DNA of 64,000 nt, taken from the human T2T-CHM13v2.0 reference genome, Homo sapiens. Of this stretch, positions 12,946 to 25,169 are shown in pieces. The position numbers and the translations under genes are program-made. The stretch lies in the NCBI RefSeq assembly GCF_009914755.1, contig NC_060936.1; one strand, 5' to 3'. A model generated the notes under the pieces. It was not told the DNA's origin and ran no database searches. It worked only from the letters and a program-made list of their open reading frames with translations. The stretch's first letter is position 1, and every line of letters begins with the position of its first letter.

Positions 12946-15599
12946 GAGGGAGAATTTGCAGAGGCCATGTGGATGCACCCACTGGTTCACCCTCATTTTG
13001 AGTAGGAAAGCCCTAGGACTAAGATGTTAAAGTAAGCAACTGTTCCCACTTTGTCCATCTTTTCTGTAATCTTTTAGAACACCTGAGACTTAGAGCTACA
13101 CACAACAGGCTGTGCGGTGATGTGCTGGGCAACAGAACATCGATTTCGACGTCAAAAGACCTTCATAGTGCTTCCGAATTCTGACTTACCTTAGGCAAGT
13201 GCCTGAACCAATGGGTTCCTCAGTTTCTCCTTTCTGTTGGAATTGGGTAATGTTGATATTCACCAACCTGCTCTGCAGCATAAAAGTCTAATGGCAAACA
13301 AAGTTTGTTATGTACATTGAACTCCTGGCCTAAAAGGGACTGTGATGGAAACACAGTTGGTCCATCCACATAAAGTACTTATTATGTTAGGAGTGTAATT
13401 AAGGTCCTGCCGAGCTATTCATAAGGTAAGGTGGGGTGGAGGTGGGGTTATGTTGGATCAGGCCAGATTCCAGCTAATGGAATTACCCTCTCCCTGTGAG
13501 CCTTCCTCCGCTGCCCTTCTGGTTTCTTGTGCACCCCTCCCTTCTCGCTGTTGGCTCTCAGCAGCTCTGCTCTGTTCTATGCAGATGGTTTCACTCTTGC
13601 CAGCCTCTACCGGGCAAGAAGTGGCACTTGTGAGAGGAGACAAAGGCCACTAAGTGGGTCCAAGAGACACAGCTGCGCCGCTCCAGGACACGGGGACATG
13701 GCAGGGGCCTGAGTAAGGCAAGGTTATTATTTTTCCTTTCTCTACCATCCAAACACGAAGCTACCTGTGGCATCTAAATTGCAAAGGCTAAGCTTTGAGT
13801 CTGCGTTGGACCAATTGACTTGGGGTAATTGGGAAAAGAACAGGAAATTATAATGGGTTGAAGGTGGCCTGCAGAGCCCAGGCCCCATGTGAATGCAGTC
13901 GCTGCTGTGAAATGGAAGCTAAGAGTACAGTGCCTATTACTTTCCCACAAGATGCTAAGAAGTGAAGCTTTTTGCTCTTTGCTATGGAGATGGTGAAAGA
14001 CTGGAGGCATTTTGTGCCCCTTTCCCTGAAAAGCAGGGCTCTAATCTGATGGGCAGAGTGGCTAAAAGGAGTTCATGTAGATTAAAGGAGAACCTGGGTC
14101 CAGGCTTTGCAGGGGGAGAAGCTGGTACAAGAGATGGCTGTGATCTATCCGGAAGCATCAGCACATTGACACAGCCTCCAGGCCCATGGTGTGACCCCCT
14201 CTGGTTTGTGAGCCAACATTCTTAGGATGAAAAGTTAGACAGGAGAGCTGGGAGGGCCTCCTTGAAGGCAGGCCTGGGGGACAGCCTGCCTAACCTGGAA
14301 AGCATTCCCTTGGGGTCATGGTGTCTGTCTGATCCTGCCAATTTGGAGAATCCTGTCATCTTCCTTCCTAGGGATTCTCATGCCAGGGTGATGAAGTTAA
14401 GGCCTGAAGTAGGTTAAATAAGAAAACTAAGTAGGAAGACAAAGCTTTGAATTAAAAATAGAGACCTGACCCATGTCTGACATTCACCTCCATGTGGAAA
14501 AGGAGAGGAAGATTTGGCATTCTATGTTTTTGTTTTGTTTTGTTTTGCTACTGGGATGGGTGACTTAATCATAGGGAAGGAAGGATGTCTGTATCTATAT
14601 TTGGTTTCATTGTACCCTCCCTTCTGCCAGTCCTCACAAAATCATATAGTGAAGCATTCAATCCTTTTTCCAAACTCTCTTGAGAAGACCTCTCTCCCCA
14701 AGTGAGCTGTTGCCTTCACCTTTCCTTTCCCCTCAATTGCTTTGCAATCTCTTCTTTGAATCCCACTTCCCTGATGTTCACCCTTGAAGGTAAAAGCCAC
14801 TATGGCTCAGGGCCCACTGCAGGGCACAAGATCAGTGATGCTGGGTGAATCTGGGAGCTTCATCTTCTGATAATAAGGGTCCACGCGCTTCGGATTCAAT
14901 ACGGCATGAGAGCTTCCCGGTGGCCAAGGCTGGTTTGGGGAGGGTGACATGAATTCCTCTAGCGGCTACATGGCAGCCTAGAGACTCCCTCCCTCATTTT
15001 TTCTTTTCCGATTAAATAGAAATGGCAGTGACTTGTGGAGTGATGTGGGAGAGAGGGGATGACCACCTTACAGACACTACAGGATGACGTAGAAATAATT
15101 TAGAGCCTGAAATACCAGGAGGCAATGACTTCGCCAAGAATCTGGTACATTTTCCTGTCCCTAGGAAAAATTGTGTACTTGTTGATTTCATAGGGAGAAT
15201 GGGGAGGGACACAGTGCAAGCAGAGTGGGGAGATCAAATTGTAGAGTAGCAGAAACGTGACTACATTCAGCTCTCACTTTGGTATTTCCTCAGGCATGTC
15301 GGCGCAATAAGATGTCAGCACCATGACACTGTTATGGTGAGGTAAGGAGAGCCAGGGCAAGTTTTGTGGGTTCATGCAATCCATTTCTTGCTGGTAAATG
15401 TTTAGAAAGGATCTGCTAAGTTGTTTTCTTCATGTGAAGGTTTTATAGTAGTGACTAGATCAAAGTTATGAGGAAGGGTATGCTTCTGTCTGTATATTTG
15501 GTTCCATTATACCTTCGCTTCTGCGGCATCATTCTCATCACCGTATGTTACATTTTTCCTCTCCTAAATTTCTGCAATTATCCATGCCAATCATCATGA

Positions 15600-15780
15600 G
15601 AGTTGCATGGTACAATGGAGAGTGCACTGGACTTGGGAAACCTGGGGTCCACTTCTCACTGTGTGGCCTTGGAAAAGTCACTTCCCCTAGTTTCCTCATC
15701 TGTAACATGATGATAATGCTGCCTGCCTACCTACCTGTCAAGGCTGTGGTGAGACTCAAAAAGACCAATGTATAGAAGCG
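15600..15780 (+). mobile_element. MIR
   Basis: tgtgtggccttggaaaagtcacttcccctagtttcctcatctgtaacatg. Confidence 0.75.
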
Positions 15781-16199
15781 ATTTCTCTTCCTGAGTCACC
15801 TGCCCTTTTCTATCTCTCCCCTCCCACATCCCCAAGTCTAGCATTTTCTGTACTTTTATATATGCCTGTGTCTCTTTTTCACTTCAATTCAGGTGTGGCT
15901 TTCCTAATCTGCTGTGAAGATACTCTTTCAAAATGAGTCTTCTGCAAGAGTATCCCCTTCTTTAAAGAGGATTTCATGCTTCCACCCCAGACTCAAAGGC
16001 TTCTCCACTGAAGCTGGCACCACATGCACAGGTAGCACTTTCCAGGATGAGTAATCAGACCTACATCCTTAAGGCTCTGCGAGACCAAATGCAGTGGGCA
16101 CAAGTAGCCTCCCACTTGGGACAAACCCAAGTTTGTCGGGGCCATATATGGCTTTCCAAGACTTTGCTCAAGGAAGCACTGGCATGTATATTCCTGAGG

Positions 16200-16322
16200 G
16201 CAGGACTGCTGGTCTCTTTTGCAAGCTGCTAGATCTTTAACTCCTAGAACAATGCCTGGCACATAGCAGACATTGCATGCTCACTCAATAAATATTCGGA
16301 TGAATGAGTGAATGCAAATGAG
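16200..16322 (+). mobile_element. L2 3' terminus
   Basis: cctagaacaatgcctggcacatagcag...ctcaataaatattcggatgaatgagtgaatg. Confidence 0.75.
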
Positions 16323-17379
16323 TAGAAGCAGTGGCAGACCTGCTCTTCCCCTAGAATTTTCTCATAGGTCCTGCGCCATAATCATCTCCACAGTCCCCAC
16401 ATAACCTTTGTGATCGTTGTTAACTTAGATCAGAACAGCTTTATCAAAATCTGCCAGTAGGTTTATCCTAAGAAAAAAGCTACACAGACAAAATAATGAA
16501 GATATCCTTTTTTCCTCCACTGCCACCACAACCAACAGAATAAATATAAAGCAGATAGATATACAAGCATCTACTTATATAAGTGATATTATTATTAAAT
16601 GAGTTTTATAGAAAATAAATTATAAATTATATATTATGTAACTAATGTTATGTAACTATCATCCTCTCTATAAAGCTGTCAGGAAATATTCTTCTCATTA
16701 TGTACAGGCTGCAAATTAATTAAGTCAATTCTTTTACCATTGTGATATAGCAATGAAAGCAAAGAAAAAGTCTGGCATTAGCGGTTGGTTACAGAATAAA
16801 TACGCCAGTAGCTCATGCAGCCTTTTCTTAACCAGAATCATTGAAACGGATCCCATTCCTTAAAGGGGCATGCTCTCCCAGGCTTCATGAGGGGAGCCTG
16901 TGCAAACTTTTCCTTCATCTCACTTTGTGATCTGACAGCAGAGTTATAAAGAGAGTGTTCCAATATACCTGCCATGGTCCAGTTGAGGCAACTGACCAAA
17001 GCAAGAATTTGAGCAGGGAAAAGTTAAGGAATTGTTAACTGCATAATGGTTTTGTGAAAGGGTGAAAGAGAACCCTGAGTTGTAATGTGAGTAGCAACTA
17101 CAGAGAATGACTTCCACTCTGGGATAGAGGGAACGTGAACAAGGAAGGGACTTTCTGCTGAGAGGGGAGCTCTGCAAGGCTGAGATTCAAGACTAAGACC
17201 ATGGCAAGGGCATGGCTGCTGCACAAGAAAGAAACGGGCAGAAAGCCATCCTGGGATGGGGGAACTGCCCACGAGAGTTAGGGAGACGTCAGGAGCCAGA
17301 TGCCCACAGAGGGGCTGGCTTGCTAACTGAACAAAACAAAACAAAAAACCTTTCATCCACCAGTCTCCCAGGCTCCCTC

Positions 17380-17398
17380 TGGCGCCCTCTATTGGCAG
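17380..17398 (-). promoter_or_regulatory. Candidate CTCF binding site
   Basis: Minus-strand TGCCAATAGAGGGCGCCA matches the CTCF core CCRSYAGRKGGCRS at 13 of 14 positions, with an intact CpG. Confidence 0.55.
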
Positions 17399-18329
17399 AG
17401 CCTAGCATAGAGAGGCTGGCAAAGGAGAGCTGTAGCTTACAGAGACCACCAGGATCACAAAGTAAGGCAAGAAGGACACGGGTGAATGTGGAAGCCCCAG
17501 ATTAGTAACTGACACACCTCAAAGGACATATTGGGTAAATAATATTTCTGGGTTTCCTATATTCTTACTGTGAACCCTCTGTGCATTCCCTCTGGCTGTA
17601 GGTATTTGCACCAGCCTCTTTCCCTTCTCCTGGCCCTGATTCATTTTTGCTGGCATTAACTGAGACCACTTGTTTCTAGCCCTGGCTCCAGCTGAGCACC
17701 CCCCAAAGAGTTTTTACAAATTACTGAGTATTTAGCATCTGCAACTTCAAAATCTCCTTAGGTAACGCTAATATACAGCCAGAGTTGAAAACCTCTGGAC
17801 TAGACGTTGACAAGAAATAAAGCTGCCTCAGAAATGACATTTTTAGGAGCACTGTGGCCTTCAAAGGCTCCATAACAGAAAAATTCTGGGTTAAGATAGA
17901 TCTGTTCCACTGTGCAACTCCAAGCTGGCTAAGTAACATCACTGCACCTTGATTTCCTCCTTTGTAAAATGAGGAGTTGGGAGGGAAATACATTTTCCCC
18001 AGCGTTATTATAAACAGCAGATGTGACAATATATGTAAAATGTTTAGTGCAGTGCTGGCCATTATTAAGTATCCAATAGTTAATGTTTATGTTGACAGTG
18101 GTGGTGGTGATTCTCTCTTGCAAAGACCATTTCTTCATGACTTTCTCAGAATGGCTACCCAATGTGATACTCTGAACAAAGCAAAAACCCTCAAACACAA
18201 AGAGTTACAAAGGGACAAGATCTGCCAAGATTGGTGCCTAAGGGAGTATAAGGAACTAATTGTTGAGCATCAGAAAGGGGCAAGTCAATGATCAAGGTGT
18301 TGCTAGACAGAATGATACCACATTACATT

Positions 18330-18620
18330 TATCCTCAGCACTTTACAGTTTGCAGAATAGCTTCATGTTCATTGTCTAGTTTACTTTTTGCAGTAGATCT
18401 GTGAGGTGGTTTGAGTGATAAGAGCTTGGAAATGTGCATCACTGGTTTTGAACTGCTGATCTTTCACTTAATAGCTGTATGACTTTGAGCAAGTTGACAA
18501 ATCTCTCCAAACCTCAATACTGTAATAACATTTGTAAAATGAGGTATTAAGAGGATCACATGAGATAATGAATGAAAGGGACTAGAATATGGTAGGTGCA
18601 CATTAAATGATAGTTATTTT
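18330..18620. mobile_element. MIR fragments (reverse, then forward)
   Basis: agcactttacagtttgcaga... followed by cacttaatagctgtatgactttgagcaagttg. Confidence 0.6.
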
Positions 18621-20067
18621 GGATGTAACTTGAAAGAAAAAAATTTCCTCTTCTCTGATAACTGAGAGGTTTCTTGGATAGGATAAATAATCACACTGTT
18701 GTGTGCAGTGGGATTAGAGAAAAATCTATACAAACATTAATTTCAAGAAAAGGCAAAAGAGAAAGAGAACAATCTTGACGTTCAAAGCTTTCGAGAGTGT
18801 GTATAGCTAAGCAGTGTAGACACCATGTAAGTAGCCCCATGGTAATGAGGTACTGAGGTCCCATCAATGACTAATAAAATAGCCCCCACATGGTGGCTGT
18901 TTTATTATTCATTTGAGGGACGTCAGTACCTAGACCGACAGCAGAAGGAAAAACAAAAAAATTGGCACTGCTTTTCTCTGAAAGAAGAAATACTATTTCT
19001 CTGGTATAAATACGGCTTTGAAGAGTCTATTGCTGCAGCTAGGAGAAGGGACCTGTGTACGTGGGTGTGTTGAGGGCCAGTGGTGGGAAAGGGGAAGTTA
19101 CTGCAGACTCACTTGCTTCCTGAGGTGAGACAGGTCATAAGAAATGGTAGGGGCTGCCCCAAACTAGAGAGCAGATACTCTCTGGAGGCACACAAATCTG
19201 AATATTCAAAAAGCAGTGCCCGTCTCACAAAACCAGTTTCCTGACTGATTTTGAGGTCAGAATCAGTCTTCAGGACACCAGTTTTTGACCTTTGATTTAG
19301 AATCCCTTATTTGTGGAATAATACCAGAGGTGTCCACTGGTCAACCAGGAAAAAATATACCCCCTGCTCTCGTGGGCACATCTAAAAGAAGATTGGATGT
19401 GGAGGAGCAAAGCCCACCTTTTGTTGTCCTGATGAAGCCCCCTGTGATGTCAGACAATTATTCCGACTATGGGGCATGTGCTTGAGGGAACTACAGTGTC
19501 CTAGAGTTTGCCTGGAAGAGGGGAAGGGACTAATTTCCAGGCAAAGAACATCAATGTGGATAGGTTTCCCTAACTGAGGGGGTTAGAGAATCAAGACCCA
19601 GGCTATGTAGAGCTGAAAAAAAAGGTGCCTTTTTAGAAGATCATAGATTTTAAATTGAGGAGTAAGTCCAGGAATTATGGCCAATGAACCAACCTTGTGG
19701 AGTAAGTTTATAGTTTTGATTTTCTTCCCATAATCATGAGAATAGTCACATTTAAGGTCGATTTCAAGTTTAAATTTTATGTGTAGAATTTCCTTTACAT
19801 AGAGGAGCTTTGCAGTATGTCTATATCTAGCCGTGTATGCTGGGGATAGGCAGAATTAGAGAACGAGGCTGTAATCATAAAATGGTGCCTCCGTTATGTC
19901 CATTCTTCAGCTCCAAATGGAAGAGGAAAGAGGTCCTGGAGTTCCAAAGGGTGACTGTCTGTGCTGTGAATAGTTGTCCATGGTGAGAGGAGAGTGACAA
20001 CAAACAGCTGCCACATATAATGGGATTAGAAGTAAATAGGAGGCCCGCTTTCCCCAGATGCACATAC

Positions 20068-20238
20068 ATAGTGGTTCACATTCTGGCTGTATATTAAAAT
20101 CACCTGGGCAAGTTTTCAACCCCTAACCCCTCCAGCCACCCAGGACAATTGAATGAGACTCTCTAGGGGATGAGACTCAGGCATCAGCATTTCAGAAATA
20201 CTCAGATGACTCCACTATGTAAAACTGAGAACTACTGC
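20068..20238. mobile_element. MER5-type (hAT-Charlie) MITE
   Basis: agtggttcac..ctggctgtatattaaaatcacctggg...ctgagaactactg termini. Confidence 0.7.
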
Positions 20239-20954
20239 TCCAGGTAACCTTTGATGGGGAGGGCAGATAGACCAACATCTGGGTTTCAAGATAAGAAAAC
20301 GGAAGTCTAGATGATTTGATGCAGGCCACAAATGATAGCTTTGGCATAATTTTTTTGACAGGCCCTGCAGACTCTCAGAACCACTTTTCTGGTGGTCTCT
20401 TCCCATCTTCTTGGTCATTCCAGAATTCCACAAGAAATTTCTTTCAGAGGATCATTTATATTTTTGAATGAATTAGTTTGCATTTGTAAAAGAATAGGGG
20501 AATAGAAATATTCAAATCAAGTGTTCAGGGTAGGTTCTACCTTCCTAGTGATGTATGCAGGGGAAGAGTGTCAATCCTGGGACAGCCAAGGAGGCTCATC
20601 TTTCCGGAACAGTTGGCTGATGGGGACACAACCGGGTGCTCCCTCAGCCTTTCATTAGACTGGTCTTACTGATAGTCCCTTGCAGTGGACTTCAGGGTGG
20701 CACAAGGGCATGTAGGACACAGGTGCTCTGAGCTAATCCATTTAAGAGATTCCAGGTGTGGGTGAGGCAGGCTGTATAAAGAACAGACACTTGGCATAGT
20801 CTCAGGAAGTTCTGGCACTCACCCTTGTCATTGGAGTCTTTGTTTTATTGAAGGTGTTGTGATCATGATCAAAGCTTTCATGATATCCTACTGGAGGTTC
20901 CCACCATAATCCAGATAAATACTCGCAAGCTTCCTTATTTAAAACTAGAGCCAA

Positions 20955-21288
20955 GATGGGCACAGTGGCTCACACCTGTAATCCTAGCATCATAGGAAGC
21001 CGAGGCAGGCAGATCACTTGAACCCAGGAGTTCAGAATCAGCCTGGACAACATGGTGAAACCCCGTCTCTACAAAAAATACAAAATCAGCCCAGTGTGGT
21101 GGTATGCACCAGTAGTACCCAGCTACACAGGAGGCGGAGGTGGTAGAATCACTTGAGCCTGGGAGGTCAAGGCTGCAGTGAGCCGTAATCATACCTCTCC
21201 ACTCCAGCCTGGATGACAGAGCAAGACCCTCTTAAAAAACAAACAAACAAAAAAAAAACAAACAAAAAAACAAAAACAACAGAAAAAT
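20955..21288 (+). mobile_element. AluJ-type element with A/C-rich tail
   Basis: Alu consensus; flanking direct repeat agagccaagat at 20947-20957 and 21290-21300. Confidence 0.93.
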
Positions 21289-22049
21289 CAGAGCCAAGAT
21301 TTCAAGTCTTGTCTTCCCCCTTTTTTTTTTAAACAAATCTCAGATTTTCAAATCAAACTTACTGTATAATTTTCAGATTATTGTTAAAGCAGTTCTGTTG
21401 TCCAAAAAAAATTTGGGGTTTAAGGAAGTATCTCCAGAAGTAAAGAGAATCACTATATCTGGGAAGAATCTGGCTTTATGTTAGAGCTTGCTACTTTCTG
21501 GAATGTTCAGGGAGAAACAAGAATTTTTGTTCAGTACAAAGGAAAGTACAAGAGAGACCCTCACAGATAATCTCTCTGAGACAGTAACTTCAAAGAGATA
21601 ACAATACATTATCCTGGGAGATTCCTGGAACTAGGGATTAGCCCTGCTGGCTTCTAGCCAGGGCTGCCATACATGAGCTCACCCAGGCTCCTTGGCCATG
21701 AGACAGAGTTCTTCTAAATGGTCTCTAGAAGGTCCTTTCCAGTACTAGGACTATAGGAGGAGCATGTGGCTTTTAATAAAGTGATGTTGAAATGTGCCTC
21801 ATGATTGGCATGTGAAAAGCTAAATATGTCTATGCTATTTTCTTACCAAGATAGCTAAGGGGGAGATACTATTATTTAACTTGGACAACTTAGCAATCAA
21901 GGTATAGAAAGAGAGATCATTTAGAATCCATATATAAAGCCAGTAACAGGACTGGGACTGGGAGTGGGGTGGGAAACAATCAGCAAAACAAGGGCTGGTT
22001 TGCTTTTCTGACACCTCCAAGCAATGGAAGTATGCATTAAAGAGTAAAA

Positions 22050-22460
22050 CAATTACCAATTTACATTGTCTTCATTAATATTGGGAAGAACCAGCAAAAT
22101 CCAACTGTGGGAACCTCTAAAGGATAAAGTGCTCTATTCCTTTAACAAGTATATGTCAAGAAAAAGTTAGAAAGCAAATCTTTAGATTTAAAATACATTT
22201 GAGAAATAGCAACTAATTGTATGGACCTTATGACTTATGGGAAAAAAACCCACCACCACCCCATAAAACAGTATTACATTTGAGACAATTAGTGAACACT
22301 GGATATTTCTTATCAAGGAATTATGGCTACCTTATGATGTCACAATGGTATTGTTAAACTAAAAAAGAGTCCTTAGTAAAAGAGATATATACTGTAATGT
22401 TTACAGATGAAACCATATAATTATGGGATTTGTTTCAGAATAATACATGAGGGGGAGATG
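22050..22460 (+). mobile_element. Old L1M (L1MC/ME-like) 3' fragment
   Basis: aatggtattgtt...aaagagtcctta...gagatatatactgtaatgtttacagatgaaa...gggatttgtttcagaataatac. Confidence 0.55.
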
Positions 22461-22609
22461 AGTGTAACCAAGGGCTCCAGCACCAGCTATAGTAGAAACA
22501 GATCCCAACCCAAGTAGATTCGCCAGTCCAAGACTCCTGCCAACAATTGGAAACCAACTGGGCAAGGGGTTTTTCCCAAACAGCACTTTTAACAATCTTT
22601 TTGGAATCA

Positions 22610-22771
22610 CAGTAAAGAAAGCACAAAGACCAAGAAAAAAACTCTGATTCTGGATTTTTTTTAACCCTGATAATTTGTGGTAGGTTTCTTTATTTTTTGA
22701 ATATAAAGTGACAGAAATAATTTGCCATTAGAAAAGAGAAAGAATCTTTGACTATTTACAGCTTTTATACA
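22610..22771 (-). terminator. Candidate distal cleavage/polyadenylation site
   Basis: AATAAA at 22694-22689 (plus TTTATT), upstream UGUA at 22760-22757 and 22771-22768, downstream U/GU-rich element gagttttttcttggtctttgtgctttct (about 22645-22615). Confidence 0.65.
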
Positions 22772-22900
22772 TCACAAAGTTTTTCTTGTTTTTTTATGTT
22801 GTCTTTTTTTTAATTCGTTTTAATTTTTGTTCCTGCATCATTTGAACAAGTCCAAACTGGAAATCTATACAGCTCACAAAAAAGCCCTCCACCCAAAAGA

Positions 22901-22922
22901 CCCCCCACCCCCACCCGACCCC
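22901..22922 (-). promoter_or_regulatory. Strong G-quadruplex motif GGGGTCGGGTGGGGGTGGGGGG near the distal UTR end
   Basis: Plus ccccccacccccacccgacccc: four G-runs of 3 or more with 1-2 nt loops on the minus strand. Confidence 0.6.
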
Positions 22923-23425
22923 AATGAGAAACAAGATAAATCAAAAGAATGAAATCAACTTATTTCTTTTGTTTAAAGGTAAGTCATTTGCTTATATATA
23001 TACTTGTAATTATTTTTTTCAAGTTCAAACACCAAAATCCAAGAGAGAAAGGAAAAAATAAAAAGACCCAGTCATCCGCCCCTCCCCCCACTCCAGAATC
23101 TCAATTGATCCCTGCATGTCCAAAATAAGAAATAGATATTTACAGAAAACAGAAGCAAAACAAATAAACAAAAAAAGAACTTGGAGGTGGATGGGCTGGG
23201 GATCTGAGAGTCAAGAGGAAGGAGAGCCGGCCCCAGGGAGGAGTGTGGAGTCTGGGCCTCGCAGAGCTGAGGCAAGCCTGAGTCGTCGGTGCTCCCTGGA
23301 GAGGACATCACACAGGAAAGCTATGACCATTTCCCCTCTGCCATGTGACTTTGGGAGGGGTGCAGCTGTGAATTTGCAACGCAACCCCATAGTGGATGCA
23401 TATCATGTTTCCATCATCACCCCCT

Positions 23426-23482
23426 TACACACGTGCGCTCACACACACGCTCACACACATGTGCACAGGCACACACACGCAT
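23426..23482 (+). repeat. Degenerate (CA)n tract, (UG)n in the GRIN2B sense
   Basis: acacacgtgcgctcacacacacgctcacacacatgtgcacaggcacacacacgca. Confidence 0.8.
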
Positions 23483-25169
23483 CAGTCATTGTGGCTAAGT
23501 GTAATTCTGATGCTGTTGGAGCACTGGCTCCTGTCACGTGGAGGAAAAGAGATTTCCCCTAGGGACAAGAGCTCACTGCCCCATCCCTTCTCTGATCTCC
23601 ACTGTAACATTGCCTCTAGCTCCCTTGAAATGTTTCCACAAGCGTCAGGGCTACTCTGAAGTATTAATGCTGGGATAGTCACTGGGTAACAAAGCTCCCA
23701 TAAATCTATTCCCTCTGCTCCAACAATTTTGCCCCTCACTTCCCACAAATTCCTTTAACAAATAGGCGTACCCAGGTTACCCCATTAACCAGGGGTGGGA
23801 GCCAGTCTGAAGGAGGGGAGATCTGAGGCAGGGTAAATGGAAGTCACATTGTTTTCTGCACATCTTCCAAAGAGTGGATTCCGGGAGGTCAGAAAGCAAA
23901 GAGAGGTCATGACAAAACCATCCCTGGCTTCCTTTGCTTCCCTCTTCCTTCCTAAATAGAGTTTAATGCGTACTCAGTGCATAAAGTAAGGTATGACTGA
24001 GTTGGCTGTGATACCTTAAGAACTCAAGATGTGGCGTTAGATGAGCCAAGATGAACATAATTTAATCTTTTGGGGGAAAACGGCTGGCAGGATATGACCA
24101 TGCTGAAGGGTTTGCCTTTATTAGTGGACAGAGAGGCTGAACCAGCAGCAGCAGTAGTTGTGATCTCATTCACACCCTGTTCAGGGTTCCGTGAGGGTTT
24201 GGAAAAATAGTTCACTAGAAATGGCCTAACAGTTTCTCTTCTCAAATTATGATTTTTTCAGGTGGCACAGGAAATAGAATTAGTGCATCCTCTGTGTCAG
24301 AAACAACGTGCAGTGTCTCTGGGGGCAGACTCTAGGTTGCTCTTGCTAAATCTCCAAATGCCTACACAGTGGAATTTTATTTTTCTGCTCTCCTTGCCAA
24401 ACTACTTGTTTTTTTCAGACCCTCCCCAAGAGTCCTCACTTACCCCCTTTTCATGCAGCCCCACTCAGAGTCCTTTTCTTTCTAAGCCCTCTCCTGATCC
24501 TTGAAAACTCTCTCTCAAGGCTTTTAAAGACTTTCATTCATTTCCATGCTCCTGTCCCACTGTTTCTGTCACAAAAGAAAATACAAAATCAAAATGATCT
24601 GTCAGAGAAAACTTTCATTTAGCAGAATTGGGCAGAAGCAAAGTTGCTTTCCAATCCTTTTTATTTGATTTTTTTTTTAAAGATGAACAAGGAGTAAGGT
24701 AAGTAAGAACAAATAATTATGACCCCCCCACAACGAGACTAGCTTAGTTGGGAACCTTAGAAAGGACAAGATTTCCTGTGAAAATGTGTACTTTCCAGGA
24801 TAAATAGTCAAAATGTGGTCTCAATCCAGGATAACATTTGTTGACATCTATAAAAACATGTTGTGGCCTATCACAGTTAGCAGTGGGGTTTTTAGTAGAA
24901 GTTAAAAAAGCAAATATCAGGACTGAGGAAGAGGTACCAGAGTTCCATGTGCTGCCATCAAGTCCCTGCCCCGGGCACTTGCAGCATCACCACCTCAATC
25001 TGACATAGAGACAATTAGGGCCAACCCCAAATGCCCACAGCCTCGCTTAGGGCAATCACCACGAGAAGCCCAAGACCCCCAGTCCCTCTTATCACTTGGA
25101 CTTTCATCCCCAGATACCCATGCACATCTCCCATCTCAGCTCATTTCCCTTCCTTTACCAACTCCCAAA

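Noticed and set aside
15314-15332. REST/RE1 site (tcagcaccatgaca)
   Set aside because: Only the left half-site matches and the GGACAG right half is defective; the same applies to tcagcacc at about 56272
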